A stretch of DNA of 64,000 nt from Lingula anatina (lineage: Eukaryota; Animalia; Brachiopoda), in contig CM120640.1 of the NCBI GenBank assembly GCA_051362555.1, forward strand, positions 52,182,788-52,246,787, given 5' to 3'. Below the pieces are notes generated by a model. That model made no database searches and had not been told where the DNA came from. It worked only from the letters and a program-made list of their open reading frames with translations. How positions within the stretch are numbered: position 1 is the stretch's first letter; the number at the start of each line of letters is the position of its first letter. The translations under genes and the position numbers were made by a program. Of the stretch, positions 51,501 through 64,000 are shown piece after piece.

Positions 51501-54500
51501 CCGTTTCATTTCCTTTCCGTCGATCAAAAACAGTGCTAGCGCGGACAGTCATCGTCTACGACCATACCACGTTGAAAGCACCGGTTCTCGTCCGATCACC
51601 GAAGTTAAGCAACGTCGGGCCAGGTTAGTACTTGGATGGGTGACCGCCTGGGAATACCTGGTGCCGTAGACACGTTTTTGACATTTTATTCGTAGCCGAT
51701 TTCAGTTTCTTTCACTTACCACTTTTTTTTCTTTAAGTTTTCAATTTTTTCCAAATCACAGTTGCGCCGTTGTCTTCGTCTATCAGTGCGTCGGGCCACG
51801 TCTGGACTAGGATGGAAGACCGCCTGGCCACCTTTACTTGTCCTTTTTAGCGTGGCATCAAACAGATGTGTCGATTCCGTTTCATTTCCTTTCCGTCGAT
51901 CAAAAACAGTGCTAGCGCGGACAGTCATCGTCTACGACCATACCACGTTGAAAGCACCGGTTCTCGTCCGATCACCGAAGTTAAGCAACGACGGGCCAGG
52001 TTAGTACTTGGATGGGTGACCGCCTGGGAATACCTGGTGCCGTAGACACGTTTTTGACATTTTATTCGTAGCCGATTTCAGTTTCTTTCACTTACCACTT
52101 TTTTTTCTTTAAGTTTTCAATTTTTTCCAAATCACAGTTGCGCCGTTGTCTTCGTCTATCAGTGCGTCGGGCCACGTCTGGACTAGGATGGAAGACCGCC
52201 TGGCCACCTTTACTTGTCCTTTTTAGCGTGGCATCAAACAGATGTGTCGATTCCGTTTCATTTCCTTTCCGTCGATCAAAAACAGTGCTAGCGCGGACAG
52301 TCATCGTCTACGACCATACCACGTTGAAAGCACCGGTTCTCGTCCGATCACCGAAGTTAAGCAACGTCGGGCCAGGTTAGTACTTGGATGGGTGACCGCC
52401 TGGGAATACCTGGTGCCGTAGACACGTTTTTGACATTTTATTCGTAGCCGATTTCAGTTTCTTTCACTTACCACTTTTTTTTCTTTAAGTTTTCAATTTT
52501 TTCCAAATCACAGTTGCGCCGTTGTCTTCGTCTATCAGTGCGTCGGGCCACGTCTGGACTAGGATGGAAGACCGCCTGGCCACCTTTACTTGTCCTTTTT
52601 AGCGTGGCATCAAACAGATGTGTCGATTCCGTTTCATTTCCTTTCCGTCGATCAAAAACAGTGCTAGCGCGGACAGTCATCGTCTACGACCATACCACGT
52701 TGAAAGCACCGGTTCTCGTCCGATCACCGAAGTTAAGCAACGTCGGGCCAGGTTAGTACTTGGATGGGTGACCGCCTGGGAATACCTGGTGCCGTAGACA
52801 CGTTTTTGACATTTTATTCGTAGCCGATTTCAGTTTCTTTCACTTACCACTTTTTTTTCTTTAAGTTTTCAATTTTTTCCAAATCACAGTTGCGCCGTTG
52901 TCTTCGTCTATCAGTGCGTCGGGCCACGTCTGGACTAGGATGGAAGACCGCCTGGCCACCTTTACTTGTCCTTTTTAGCGTGGCATCAAACAGATGTGTC
53001 GATTCCGTTTCATTTCCTTTCCGTCGATCAAAAACAGTGCTAGCGCGGACAGTCATCGTCTACGACCATACCACGTTGAAAGCACCGGTTCTCGTCCGAT
53101 CACCGAAGTTAAGCAACGTCGGGCCAGGTTAGTACTTGGATGGGTGACCGCCTGGGAATACCTGGTGCCGTAGACACGTTTTTGACATTTTATTCGTAGC
53201 CGATTTCAGTTTCTTTCACTTACCACTTTTTTTTCTTTAAGTTTTCAATTTTTTCCAAATCACAGTTGCGCCGTTGTCTTCGTCTATCAGTGCGTCGGGC
53301 CACGTCTGGACTAGGATGGAAGACCGCCTGGCCACCTTTACTTGTCCTTTTTAGCGTGGCATCAAACAGATGTGTCGATTCCGTTTCATTTCCTTTCCGT
53401 CGATCAAAAACAGTGCTAGCGCGGACAGTCATCGTCTACGACCATACCACGTTGAAAGCACCGGTTCTCGTCCGATCACCGAAGTTAAGCAACGTCGGGC
53501 CAGGTTAGTACTTGGATGGGTGACCGCCTGGGAATACCTGGTGCCGTAGACACGTTTTTGACATTTTACTCGTAGCCGATTTCAGTTTCTTTCACTTACC
53601 ACTTTTTTTTCTTTAAGTTTTCAATTTTTTCCAAATCACAGTTGCGCCGTTGTCTTCGTCTATCAGTGCGTCGGGCCACGTCTGGACTAGGATGGAAGAC
53701 CGCCTGGCCACCTTTACTTGTCCTTTTTAGCGTGGCATCAAACAGATGTGTCGATTCCGTTTCATTTCCTTTCCGTCGATCAAAAACAGTGCTAGCGCGG
53801 ACAGTCATCGTCTACGACCATACCACGTTGAAAGCACCGGTTCTCGTCCGATCACCGAAGTTAAGCAACGTCGGGCCAGGTTAGTACTTGGATGGGTGAC
53901 CGCCTGGGAATACCTGGTGCCGTAGACACGTTTTTGACATTTTATTCGTAGCCGATTTCAGTTTCTTTCACTTACCACTTTTTTTTCTTTAAGTTTTCAA
54001 TTTTTTCCAAATCACAGTTGCGCCGTTGTCTTCGTCTATCAGTGCGTCGGGCCACGTCTGGACTAGGATGGAAGACCGCCTGGCCACCTTTACTTGTCCT
54101 TTTTAGCGTGGCATCAAACAGATGTGTCGATTCCGTTTCATTTCCTTTCCGTCGATCAAAAACAGTGCTAGCGCGGACAGTCATCGTCTACGACCATACC
54201 ACGTTGAAAGCACCGGTTCTCGTCCGATCACCGAAGTTAAGCAACGTCGGGCCAGGTTAGTACTTGGATGGGTGACCGCCTGGGAATACCTGGTGCCGTA
54301 GACACGTTTTTGACATTTTATTCGTAGCCGATTTCAGTTTCTTTCACTTACCACTTTTTTTTCTTTAAGTTTTCAATTTTTTCCAAATCACAGTTGCGCC
54401 GTTGTCTTCGTCTATCAGTGCGTCGGGCCACGTCTGGACTAGGATGGAAGACCGCCTGGCCACCTTTACTTGTCCTCTTTAGCGTGGCATCAAACAGATG

Positions 54501-57500
54501 TGTCGATTCCGTTTCATTTCCTTTCCGTCGATCAAAAACAGTGCTAGCGCGGACAGTCATCGTCTACGACCATACCACGTTGAAAGCACCTGTTCTCGTC
54601 CGATCACCGAAGTTAAGCAACGTCGGGCCAGGTTAGTACTTGGATGGGTGACCGCCTGGGAATACCTGGTGCCGTAGACACGTTTTTGACATTTTATTCG
54701 TAGCCGATTTCAGTTTCTTTCACTTACCACTTTTTTTTCTTTAAGTTTTCAATTTTTTCCAAATCACAGTTGCGCCGTTGTCTTCGTCTATCAGTGCGTC
54801 GGGCCACGTCTGGACTAGGATGGAAGACCGCCTGGCCACCTTTACTTGTCCTTTTTAGCGTGGCATCAAACAGATGTGTCGATTCCGTTTCATTTCCTTT
54901 CCGTCGATCAAAAACAGTGCTAGCGCGGACAGTCATCGTCTACGACCATACCACGTTGAAAGCACCGGTTCTCGTCCGATCACCGAAGTTAAGCAACGTC
55001 GGGCCAGGTTAGTACTTGGATGGGTGACCGCCTGGGAATACCTGGTGCCGTAGACACGTTTTTGACATTTTATTCGTAGCCGATTTCAGTTTCTTTCACT
55101 TACCACTTTTTTTTCTTTAAGTTTTCAATTTTTTCCAAATCACAGTTGCGCCGTTGTCTTCGTCTATCAGTGCGTCGGGCCACGTCTGGACTAGGATGGA
55201 AGACCGCCTGGCCACCTTTACTTGTCCTTTTTAGCGTGGCATCAAACAGATGTGTCGATTCCGTTTCATTTCCTTTCCGTCGATCAAAAACAGTGCTAGC
55301 GCGGACAGTCATCGTCTACGACCATACCACGTTGAAAGCACCGGTTCTCGTCCGATCACCGAAGTTAAGCAACGTCGGGCCAGGTTAGTACTTGGATGGG
55401 TGACCGCCTGGGAATACCTGGTGCCGTAGACACGTTTTTGACATTTTATTCGTAGCCGATTTCAGTTTCTTTCACTTACCACTTTTTTTTCTTTAAGTTT
55501 TCAATTTTTTCCAAATCACAGTTGCGCCGTTGTCTTCGTCTATCAGTGCGTCGGGCCACGTCTGGACTAGGATGGAAGACCGCCTGGCCACCTTTACTTG
55601 TCCTTTTTAGCGTGGCATCAAACAGATGTGTCGATTCCGTTTCATTTCCTTTCCGTCGATCAAAAACAGTGCTAGCGCGGACAGTCATCGTCTACGACCA
55701 TACCACGTTGAAAGCACCGGTTCTCGTCCGATCACCGAAGTTAAGCAACGTCGGGCCAGGTTAGTACTTGGATGGGTGACCGCCTGGGAATACCTGGTGC
55801 CGTAGACACGTTTTTGACATTTTATTCGTAGCCGATTTCAGTTTCTTTCACTTACCACTTTTTTTTCTTTAAGTTTTCAATTTTTTCCAAATCACAGTTG
55901 CGCCGTTGTCTTCGTCTATCAGTGCGTCGGGCCACGTCTGGACTAGGATGGAAGACCGCCTGGCCACCTTTACTTGTCCTTTTTAGCGTGGCATCAAACA
56001 GATGTGTCGATTCCGTTTCATTTCCTTTCCGTCGATCAAAAACAGTGCTAGCGCGGACAGTCATCGTCTACGACCATACCACGTTGAAAGCACCGGTTCT
56101 CGTCCGATCACCGAAGTTAAGCAACGTCGGGCCAGGTTAGTACTTGGATGGGTGACCGCCTGGGAATACCTGGTGCCGTAGACACGTTTTTGACATTTTA
56201 TTCGTAGCCGATTTCAGTTTCTTTCACTTACCACTTTTTTTTCTTTAAGTTTTCAATTTTTTCCAAATCACAGTTGCGCCGTTGTCTTCGTCTATCAGTG
56301 CGTCGGGCCACGTCTGGACTAGGATGGAAGACCGCCTGGCCACCTTTACTTGTCCTTTTTAGCGTGGCATCAAACAGATGTGTCGATTCCGTTTCATTTC
56401 CTTTCCGTCGATCAAAAACAGTGCTAGCGCGGACAGTCATCGTCTACGACCATACCACGTTGAAAGCACCGGTTCTCGTCCGATCACCGAAGTTAAGCAA
56501 CGTCGGGCCAGGTTAGTACTTGGATGGGTGACCGCCTGGGAATACCTGGTGCCGTAGACACGTTTTTGACATTTTATTCGTAGCCGATTTCAGTTTCTTT
56601 CACTTACCACTTTTTTTTCTTTAAGTTTTCAATTTTTTCCAAATCACAGTTGCGCCGTTGTCTTCGTCTATCAGTGCGTCGGGCCACGTCTGGACTAGGA
56701 TGGAAGACCGCCTGGCCACCTTTACTTGTCCTCTTTAGCGTGGCATCAAACAGATGTGTCGATTCCGTTTCATTTCCTTTCCGTCGATCAAAAACAGTGC
56801 TAGCGCGGACAGTCATCGTCTACGACCATACCACGTTGAAAGCACCTGTTCTCGTCCGATCACCGAAGTTAAGCAACGTCGGGCCAGGTTAGTACTTGGA
56901 TGGGTGACCGCCTGGGAATACCTGGTGCCGTAGACACGTTTTTGACATTTTATTCGTAGCCGATTTCAGTTTCTTTCACTTACCACTTTTTTTTCTTTAA
57001 GTTTTCAATTTTTTCCAAATCACAGTTGCGCCGTTGTCTTCGTCTATCAGTGCGTCGGGCCACGTCTGGACTAGGATGGAAGACCGCCTGGCCACCTTTA
57101 CTTGTCCTTTTTAGCGTGGCATCAAACAGATGTGTCGATTCCGTTTCATTTCCTTTCCGTCGATCAAAAACAGTGCTAGCGCGGACAGTCATCGTCTACG
57201 ACCATACCACGTTGAAAGCACCGGTTCTCGTCCGATCACCGAAGTTAAGCAACGTCGGGCCAGGTTAGTACTTGGATGGGTGACCGCCTGGGAATACCTG
57301 GTGCCGTAGACACGTTTTTGACATTTTATTCGTAGCCGATTTCAGTTTCTTTCACTTACCACTTTTTTTTCTTTAAGTTTTCAATTTTTTCCAAATCACA
57401 GTTGCGCCGTTGTCTTCGTCTATCAGTGCGTCGGGCCACGTCTGGACTAGGATGGAAGACCGCCTGGCCACCTTTACTTGTCCTTTTTAGCGTGGCATCA

Positions 57501-60500
57501 AACAGATGTGTCGATTCCGTTTCATTTCCTTTCCGTCGATCAAAAACAGTGCTAGCGCGGACAGTCATCGTCTACGACCATACCACGTTGAAAGCACCGG
57601 TTCTCGTCCGATCACCGAAGTTAAGCAACGTCGGGCCAGGTTAGTACTTGGATGGGTGACCGCCTGGGAATACCTGGTGCCGTAGACACGTTTTTGACAT
57701 TTTATTCGTAGCCGATTTCAGTTTCTTTCACTTACCACTTTTTTTTCTTTAAGTTTTCAATTTTTTCCAAATCACAGTTGCGCCGTTATCTTCGTCTATC
57801 AGTGCGTCGGACCACGTCTTGACTAGGATGGAAGACCGCCTGGCCACCTTTACTTGTCCTTTTTAGCGTGGCATCAAACAGATGTGTCGATTCCGTTTCA
57901 TTTCCTTTCCGTCGATCAAAAACAGTGCTAGCGCGGACAGTCATCGTCTACGACCATACCACGTTGAAAGCACCGGTTCTCGTCCGATCACCGAAGTTAA
58001 GCAACGTCGGGCCAGGTTAGTACTTGGATGGGTGACCGCCTGGGAATACCTGGTGCCGTAGACACGTTTTTGACATTTTATTCGTAGCCGATTTCAGTTT
58101 CTTTCACTTACCACTTTTTTTTCTTTAAGTTTTCAATTTTTTCCAAATCACAGTTGCGCCGTTGTCTTCGTCTATCAGTGCGTCGGGCCACGTCTGGACT
58201 AGGATGGAAGACCGCCTGGCCACCTTTACTTGTCCTTTTTAGCGTGGCATCAAACAGATGTGTCGATTCCGTTTCATTTCCTTTCCGTCGATCAAAAACA
58301 GTGCTAGCGCGGACAGTCATCGTCTACGACCATACCACGTTGAAAGCACCGGTTCTCGTCCGATCACCGAAGTTAAGCAACGTCGGGCCAGGTTAGTACT
58401 TGGATGGGTGACCGCCTGGGAATACCTGGTGCCGTAGACACGTTTTTGACATTTTATTCGTAGCCGATTTCAGTTTCTTTCACTTACCACTTTTTTTTTC
58501 TTTAAGTTTTCAATTTTTTCCAAATCACAGTTGCGCCGTTGTCTTCGTCTATCAGTGCGTCGGGCCACGTCTGGACTAGGATGGAAGACCGCCTGGCCAC
58601 CTTTACTTGTCCTTTTTAGCGTGGCATCAAACAGATGTGTCGATTCCGTTTCATTTCCTTTCCGTCGATCAAAAACAGTGCTAGCGCGGACAGTCATCGT
58701 CTACGACCATACCACGTTGAAAGCACCGGTTCTCGTCCGATCACCGAAGTTAAGCAACGTCGGGCCAGGTTAGTACTTGGATGGGTGACCGCCTGGGAAT
58801 ACCTGGTGCCGTAGACACGTTTTTGACATTTTATTCGTAGCCGATTTCAGTTTCTTTCACTTACCACTTTTTTTTCTTTAAGTTTTCAATTTTTTCCAAA
58901 TCACAGTTGCGCCGTTGTCTTCGTCTATCAGTGCGTCGGGCCACGTCTGGACTAGGATGGAAGACCGCCTGGCCACCTTTACTTGTCCTTTTTAGCGTGG
59001 CATCAAACAGATGTGTCGATTCCGTTTCATTTCCTTTCCGTCGATCAAAAACAGTGCTAGCGCGGACAGTCATCGTCTACGACCATACCACGTTGAAAGC
59101 ACCGGTTCTCGTCCGATCACCGAAGTTAAGCAACGTCGGGCCAGGTTAGTACTTGGATGGGTGACCGCCTGGGAATACCTGGTGCCGTAGACACGTTTTT
59201 GACATTTTATTCGTAGCCGATTTCAGTTTCTTTCACTTACCACTTTTTTTTTCTTTAAGTTTTCAATTTTTTCCAAATCACAGTTGCGCCGTTGTCTTCG
59301 TCTATCAGTGCGTCGGGCCACGTCTGGACTAGGATGGAAGACCGCCTGGCCACCTTTACTTGTCCTTTTTAGCGTGGCATCAAACAGATGTGTCGATTCC
59401 GTTTCATTTCCTTTCCGTCGATCAAAAACAGTGCTAGCGCGGACAGTCATCGTCTACGACCATACCACGTTGAAAGCACCGGTTCTCGTCCGATCACCGA
59501 AGTTAAGCAACGTCGGGCCAGGTTAGTACTTGGATGGGTGACCGCCTGGGAATACCTGGTGCCGTAGACACGTTTTTGACATTTTATTCGTAGCCGATTT
59601 CAGTTTCTTTCACTTACCACTTTTTTTTTCTTTAAGTTTTCAATTTTTTCCAAATCACAGTTGCGCCGTTGTCTTCGTCTATCAGTGCGTCGGGCCACGT
59701 CTGGACTAGGATGGAAGACCGCCTGGCCACCTTTACTTGTCCTTTTTAGCGTGGCATCAAACAGATGTGTCGATTCCGTTTCATTTCCTTTCCGTCGATC
59801 AAAAACAGTGCTAGCGCGGACAGTCATCGTCTACGACCATACCACGTTGAAAGCACCGGTTCTCGTCCGATCACCGAAGTTAAGCAACGTCGGGCCAGGT
59901 TAGTACTTGGATGGGTGACCGCCTGGGAATACCTGGTGCCGTAGACACGTTTTTGACATTTTATTCGTAGCCGATTTCAGTTTCTTTCACTTACCACTTT
60001 TTTTTTCTTTAAGTTTTCAATTTTTTCCAAATCACAGTTGCGCCGTTGTCTTCGTCTATCAGTGCGTCGGGCCACGTCTGGACTAGGATGGAAGACCGCC
60101 TGGCCACCTTTACTTGTCCTTTTTAGCGTGGCATCAAACAGATGTGTCGATTCCGTTTCATTTCCTTTCCGTCGATCAAAAACAGTGCTAGCGCGGACAG
60201 TCATCGTCTACGACCATACCACGTTGAAAGCACCGGTTCTCGTCCGATCACCGAAGTTAAGCAACGTCGGGCCAGGTTAGTACTTGGATGGGTGACCGCC
60301 TGGGAATACCTGGTGCCGTAGACACGTTTTTGACATTTTATTCGTAGCCGATTTCAGTTTCTTTCACTTACCACTTTTTTTTCTTTAAGTTTTCAATTTT
60401 TTCCAAATCACAGTTGCGCCGTTGTCTTCGTCTATCAGTGCGTCGGGCCACGTCTGGACTAGGATGGAAGACCGCCTGGCCACCTTTACTTGTCCTTTTT

Positions 60501-63500
60501 AGCGTGGCATCAAACAGATGTGTCGATTCCGTTTCATTTCCTTTCCGTCGATCAAAAACAGTGCTAGCGCGGACAGTCATCGTCTACGACCATACCACGT
60601 TGAAAGCACCGGTTCTCGTCCGATCACCGAAGTTAAGCAACGTCGGGCCAGGTTAGTACTTGGATGGGTGACCGCCTGGGAATACCTGGTGCCGTAGACA
60701 CGTTTTTGACATTTTATTCGTAGCCGATTTCAGTTTCTTTCACTTACCACTTTTTTTTCTTTAAGTTTTCAATTTTTTCCAAATCACAGTTGCGCCGTTG
60801 TCTTCGTCTATCAGTGCGTCGGGCCACGTCTGGACTAGGATGGAAGACCGCCTGGCCACCTTTACTTGTCCTTTTTAGCGTGGCATCAAACAGATGTGTC
60901 GATTCCGTTTCATTTCCTTTCCGTCGATCAAAAACAGTGCTAGCGCGGACAGTCATCGTCTACGACCATACCACGTTGAAAGCACCGGTTCTCGTCCGAT
61001 CACCGAAGTTAAGCAACGTCGGGCCAGGTTAGTACTTGGATGGGTGACCGCCTGGGAATACCTGGTGCCGTAGACACGTTTTTGACATTTTATTCGTAGC
61101 CGATTTCAGTTTCTTTCACTTACCACTTTTTTTTCTTTAAGTTTTCAATTTTTTCCAAATCACAGTTGCGCCGTTGTCTTCGTCTATCAGTGCGTCGGGC
61201 CACGTCTGGACTAGGATGGAAGACCGCCTGGCCACCTTTACTTGTCCTTTTTAGCGTGGCATCAAACAGATGTGTCGATTCCGTTTCATTTCCTTTCCGT
61301 CGATCAAAAACAGTGCTAGCGCGGACAGTCATCGTCTACGACCATACCACGTTGAAAGCACCGGTTCTCGTCCGATCACCGAAGTTAAGCAACGTCGGGC
61401 CAGGTTAGTACTTGGATGGGTGACCGCCTGGGAATACCTGGTGCCGTAGACACGTTTTTGACATTTTATTCGTAGCCGATTTCAGTTTCTTTCACTTACC
61501 ACTTTTTTTTCTTTAAGTTTTCAATTTTTTCCAAATCACAGTTGCGCCGTTGTCTTCGTCTATCAGTGCGTCGGGCCACGTCTGGACTAGGATGGAAGAC
61601 CGCCTGGCCACCTTTACTTGTCCTTTTTAGCGTGGCATCAAACAGATGTGTCGATTCCGTTTCATTTCCTTTCCGTCGATCAAAAACAGTGCTAGCGCGG
61701 ACAGTCATCGTCTACGACCATACCACGTTGAAAGCACCGGTTCTCGTCCGATCACCGAAGTTAAGCAACGTCGGGCCAGGTTAGTACTTGGATGGGTGAC
61801 CGCCTGGGAATACCTGGTGCCGTAGACACGTTTTTGACATTTTATTCGTAGCCGATTTCAGTTTCTTTCACTTACCACTTTTTTTTCTTTAAGTTTTCAA
61901 TTTTTTCCAAATCACAGTTGCGCCGTTGTCTTCGTCTATCAGTGCGTCGGACCACGTCTTGACTAGGATGGAAGACCGCCTGGCCACCTTTACTTGTCCT
62001 TTTTAGCGTGGCATCAAACAGATGTGTCGATTCCGTTTCATTTCCTTTCCGTCGATCAAAAACAGTGCTAGCGCGGACAGTCATCGTCTACGACCATACC
62101 ACGTTGAAAGCACCGGTTCTCGTCCGATCACCGAAGTTAAGCAACGTCGGGCCAGGTTAGTACTTGGATGGGTGACCGCCTGGGAATACCTGGTGCCGTA
62201 GACACGTTTTTGACATTTTATTCGTAGCCGATTTCAGTTTCTTTCACTTACCACTTTTTTTTCTTTAAGTTTTCAATTTTTTCCAAATCACAGTTGCGCC
62301 GTTGTCTTCGTCTATCAGTGCGTCGGGCCACGTCTGGACTAGGATGGAAGACCGCCTGGCCACCTTTACTTGTCCTTTTTAGCGTGGCATCAAACAGATG
62401 TGTCGATTCCGTTTCATTTCCTTTCCGTCGATCAAAAACAGTGCTAGCGCGGACAGTCATCGTCTACGACCATACCACGTTGAAAGCACCGGTTCTCGTC
62501 CGATCACCGAAGTTAAGCAACGTCGGGCCAGGTTAGTACTTGGATGGGTGACCGCCTGGGAATACCTGGTGCCGTAGACACGTTTTTGACATTTTATTCG
62601 TAGCCGATTTCAGTTTCTTTCACTTACCACTTTTTTTTTCTTTAAGTTTTCAATTTTTTCCAAATCACAGTTGCGCCGTTGTCTTCGTCTATCAGTGCGT
62701 CGGGCCACGTCTGGACTAGGATGGAAGACCGCCTGGCCACCTTTACTTGTCCTTTTTAGCGTGGCATCAAACAGATGTGTCGATTCCGTTTCATTTCCTT
62801 TCCGTCGATCAAAAACAGTGCTAGCGCGGACAGTCATCGTCTACGACCATACCACGTTGAAAGCACCGGTTCTCGTCCGATCACCGAAGTTAAGCAACGT
62901 CGGGCCAGGTTAGTACTTGGATGGGTGACCGCCTGGGAATACCTGGTGCCGTAGACACGTTTTTGACATTTTATTCGTAGCCGATTTCAGTTTCTTTCAC
63001 TTACCACTTTTTTTTCTTTAAGTTTTCAATTTTTTCCAAATCACAGTTGCGCCGTTGTCTTCGTCTATCAGTGCGTCGGGCCACGTCTGGACTAGGATGG
63101 AAGACCGCCTGGCCACCTTTACTTGTCCTTTTTAGCGTGGCATCAAACAGATGTGTCGATTCCGTTTCATTTCCTTTCCGTCGATCAAAAACAGTGCTAG
63201 CGCGGACAGTCATCGTCTACGACCATACCACGTTGAAAGCACCGGTTCTCGTCCGATCACCGAAGTTAAGCAACGTCGGGCCAGGTTAGTACTTGGATGG
63301 GTGACCGCCTGGGAATACCTGGTGCCGTAGACACGTTTTTGACATTTTATTCGTAGCCGATTTCAGTTTCTTTCACTTACCACTTTTTTTTTCTTTAAGT
63401 TTTCAATTTTTTCCAAATCACAGTTGCGCCGTTGTCTTCGTCTATCAGTGCGTCGGGCCACGTCTGGACTAGGATGGAAGACCGCCTGGCCACCTTTACT

Positions 63501-63591
63501 TGTCCTTTTTAGCGTGGCATCAAACAGATGTGTCGATTCCGTTTCATTTCCTTTCCGTCGATCAAAAACAGTGCTAGCGCGGACAGTCATC

Positions 63592-63711
63592 GTCTACGAC
63601 CATACCACGTTGAAAGCACCGGTTCTCGTCCGATCACCGAAGTTAAGCAACGTCGGGCCAGGTTAGTACTTGGATGGGTGACCGCCTGGGAATACCTGGT
63701 GCCGTAGACAC
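63592..63711 (+). rRNA. 5S rRNA: 5S ribosomal RNA gene (last complete copy)
   Basis: Consensus sequence followed by the T5 terminator. Confidence 0.99.
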
Positions 63712-63967
63712 GTTTTTGACATTTTATTCGTAGCCGATTTCAGTTTCTTTCACTTACCACTTTTTTTTCTTTAAGTTTTCAATTTTTTCCAAATCACAGT
63801 TGCGCCGTTGTCTTCGTCTATCAGTGCGTCGGGCCACGTCTGGACTAGGATGGAAGACCGCCTGGCCACCTTTACTTGTCCTTTTTAGCGTGGCATCAAA
63901 CAGATGTGTCGATTCCGTTTCATTTCCTTTCCGTCGATCAAAAACAGTGCTAGCGCGGACAGTCATC

Positions 63968-64000
63968 GTCTACGACCATACCACGTTGAAAGCACCGGTT
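63968..64000 (+). rRNA. 5S rRNA: 5S rRNA gene, 5' 33 nt (truncated by window end)
   Basis: GTCTACGACCATACCACGTTGAAAGCACCGGTT. Confidence 0.95.

Larger units (their letters stand above)
1..64000 (+). repeat. 5S rDNA tandem array: 170 complete head-to-tail units of ~376 bp plus a partial unit; runs off both window ends
   Basis: Near-identical sequence recurs every 376-377 bp. Gene starts run from 5 to 63968, a span of 63963 = 170x376 + 43. The 43 is exactly explained by the observed indels: 24 T>AG variants, 26 T9 runs, one T10, one T7 and one 8-bp deletion. Confidence 0.99.

Noticed and set aside
1-64000. CRISPR-like or satellite interpretation of the periodicity
   Set aside because: The spacers are identical rather than unique, and the repeat contains a complete eukaryotic 5S gene with promoter and terminator.
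1-64000. 5S-targeting retroelement, SINE3 or Cassandra-type insertion
   Set aside because: No unit is interrupted; total length is fully explained by 170 units plus small indels; no LTRs, target-site duplications, tails or RT ORF are present.

Overview
The whole 64-kb window is one uninterrupted head-to-tail eukaryotic 5S rDNA array on the + strand. It holds 170 units of ~376 bp, each a 120-nt 5S rRNA gene plus a ~256-bp spacer, and a truncated 171st gene at the right edge. The gene looks like an invertebrate metazoan 5S, recalling mollusc/lophotrochozoan sequences (from memory, not searched). It has a canonical Pol III type-1 internal promoter (box A, intermediate element, box C) and an oligo-T terminator. 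There are no real protein-coding genes: every ORF in the track is a by-product of the repeat. The most notable hidden structure is a second, remodelled 5S-derived element in every spacer. It matches the gene at 32/39 nt without gaps over the intermediate element and box C, has lost most of box A, is followed by its own T5 run, and can fold into a new long hairpin. The unit therefore appears to be an old gene+pseudogene dimer with 176/200-bp sub-periodicity. Rare SNPs and indels record two mutually exclusive spacer haplotypes, multi-unit block duplications, one deletion pseudogene and several variant 5S copies.
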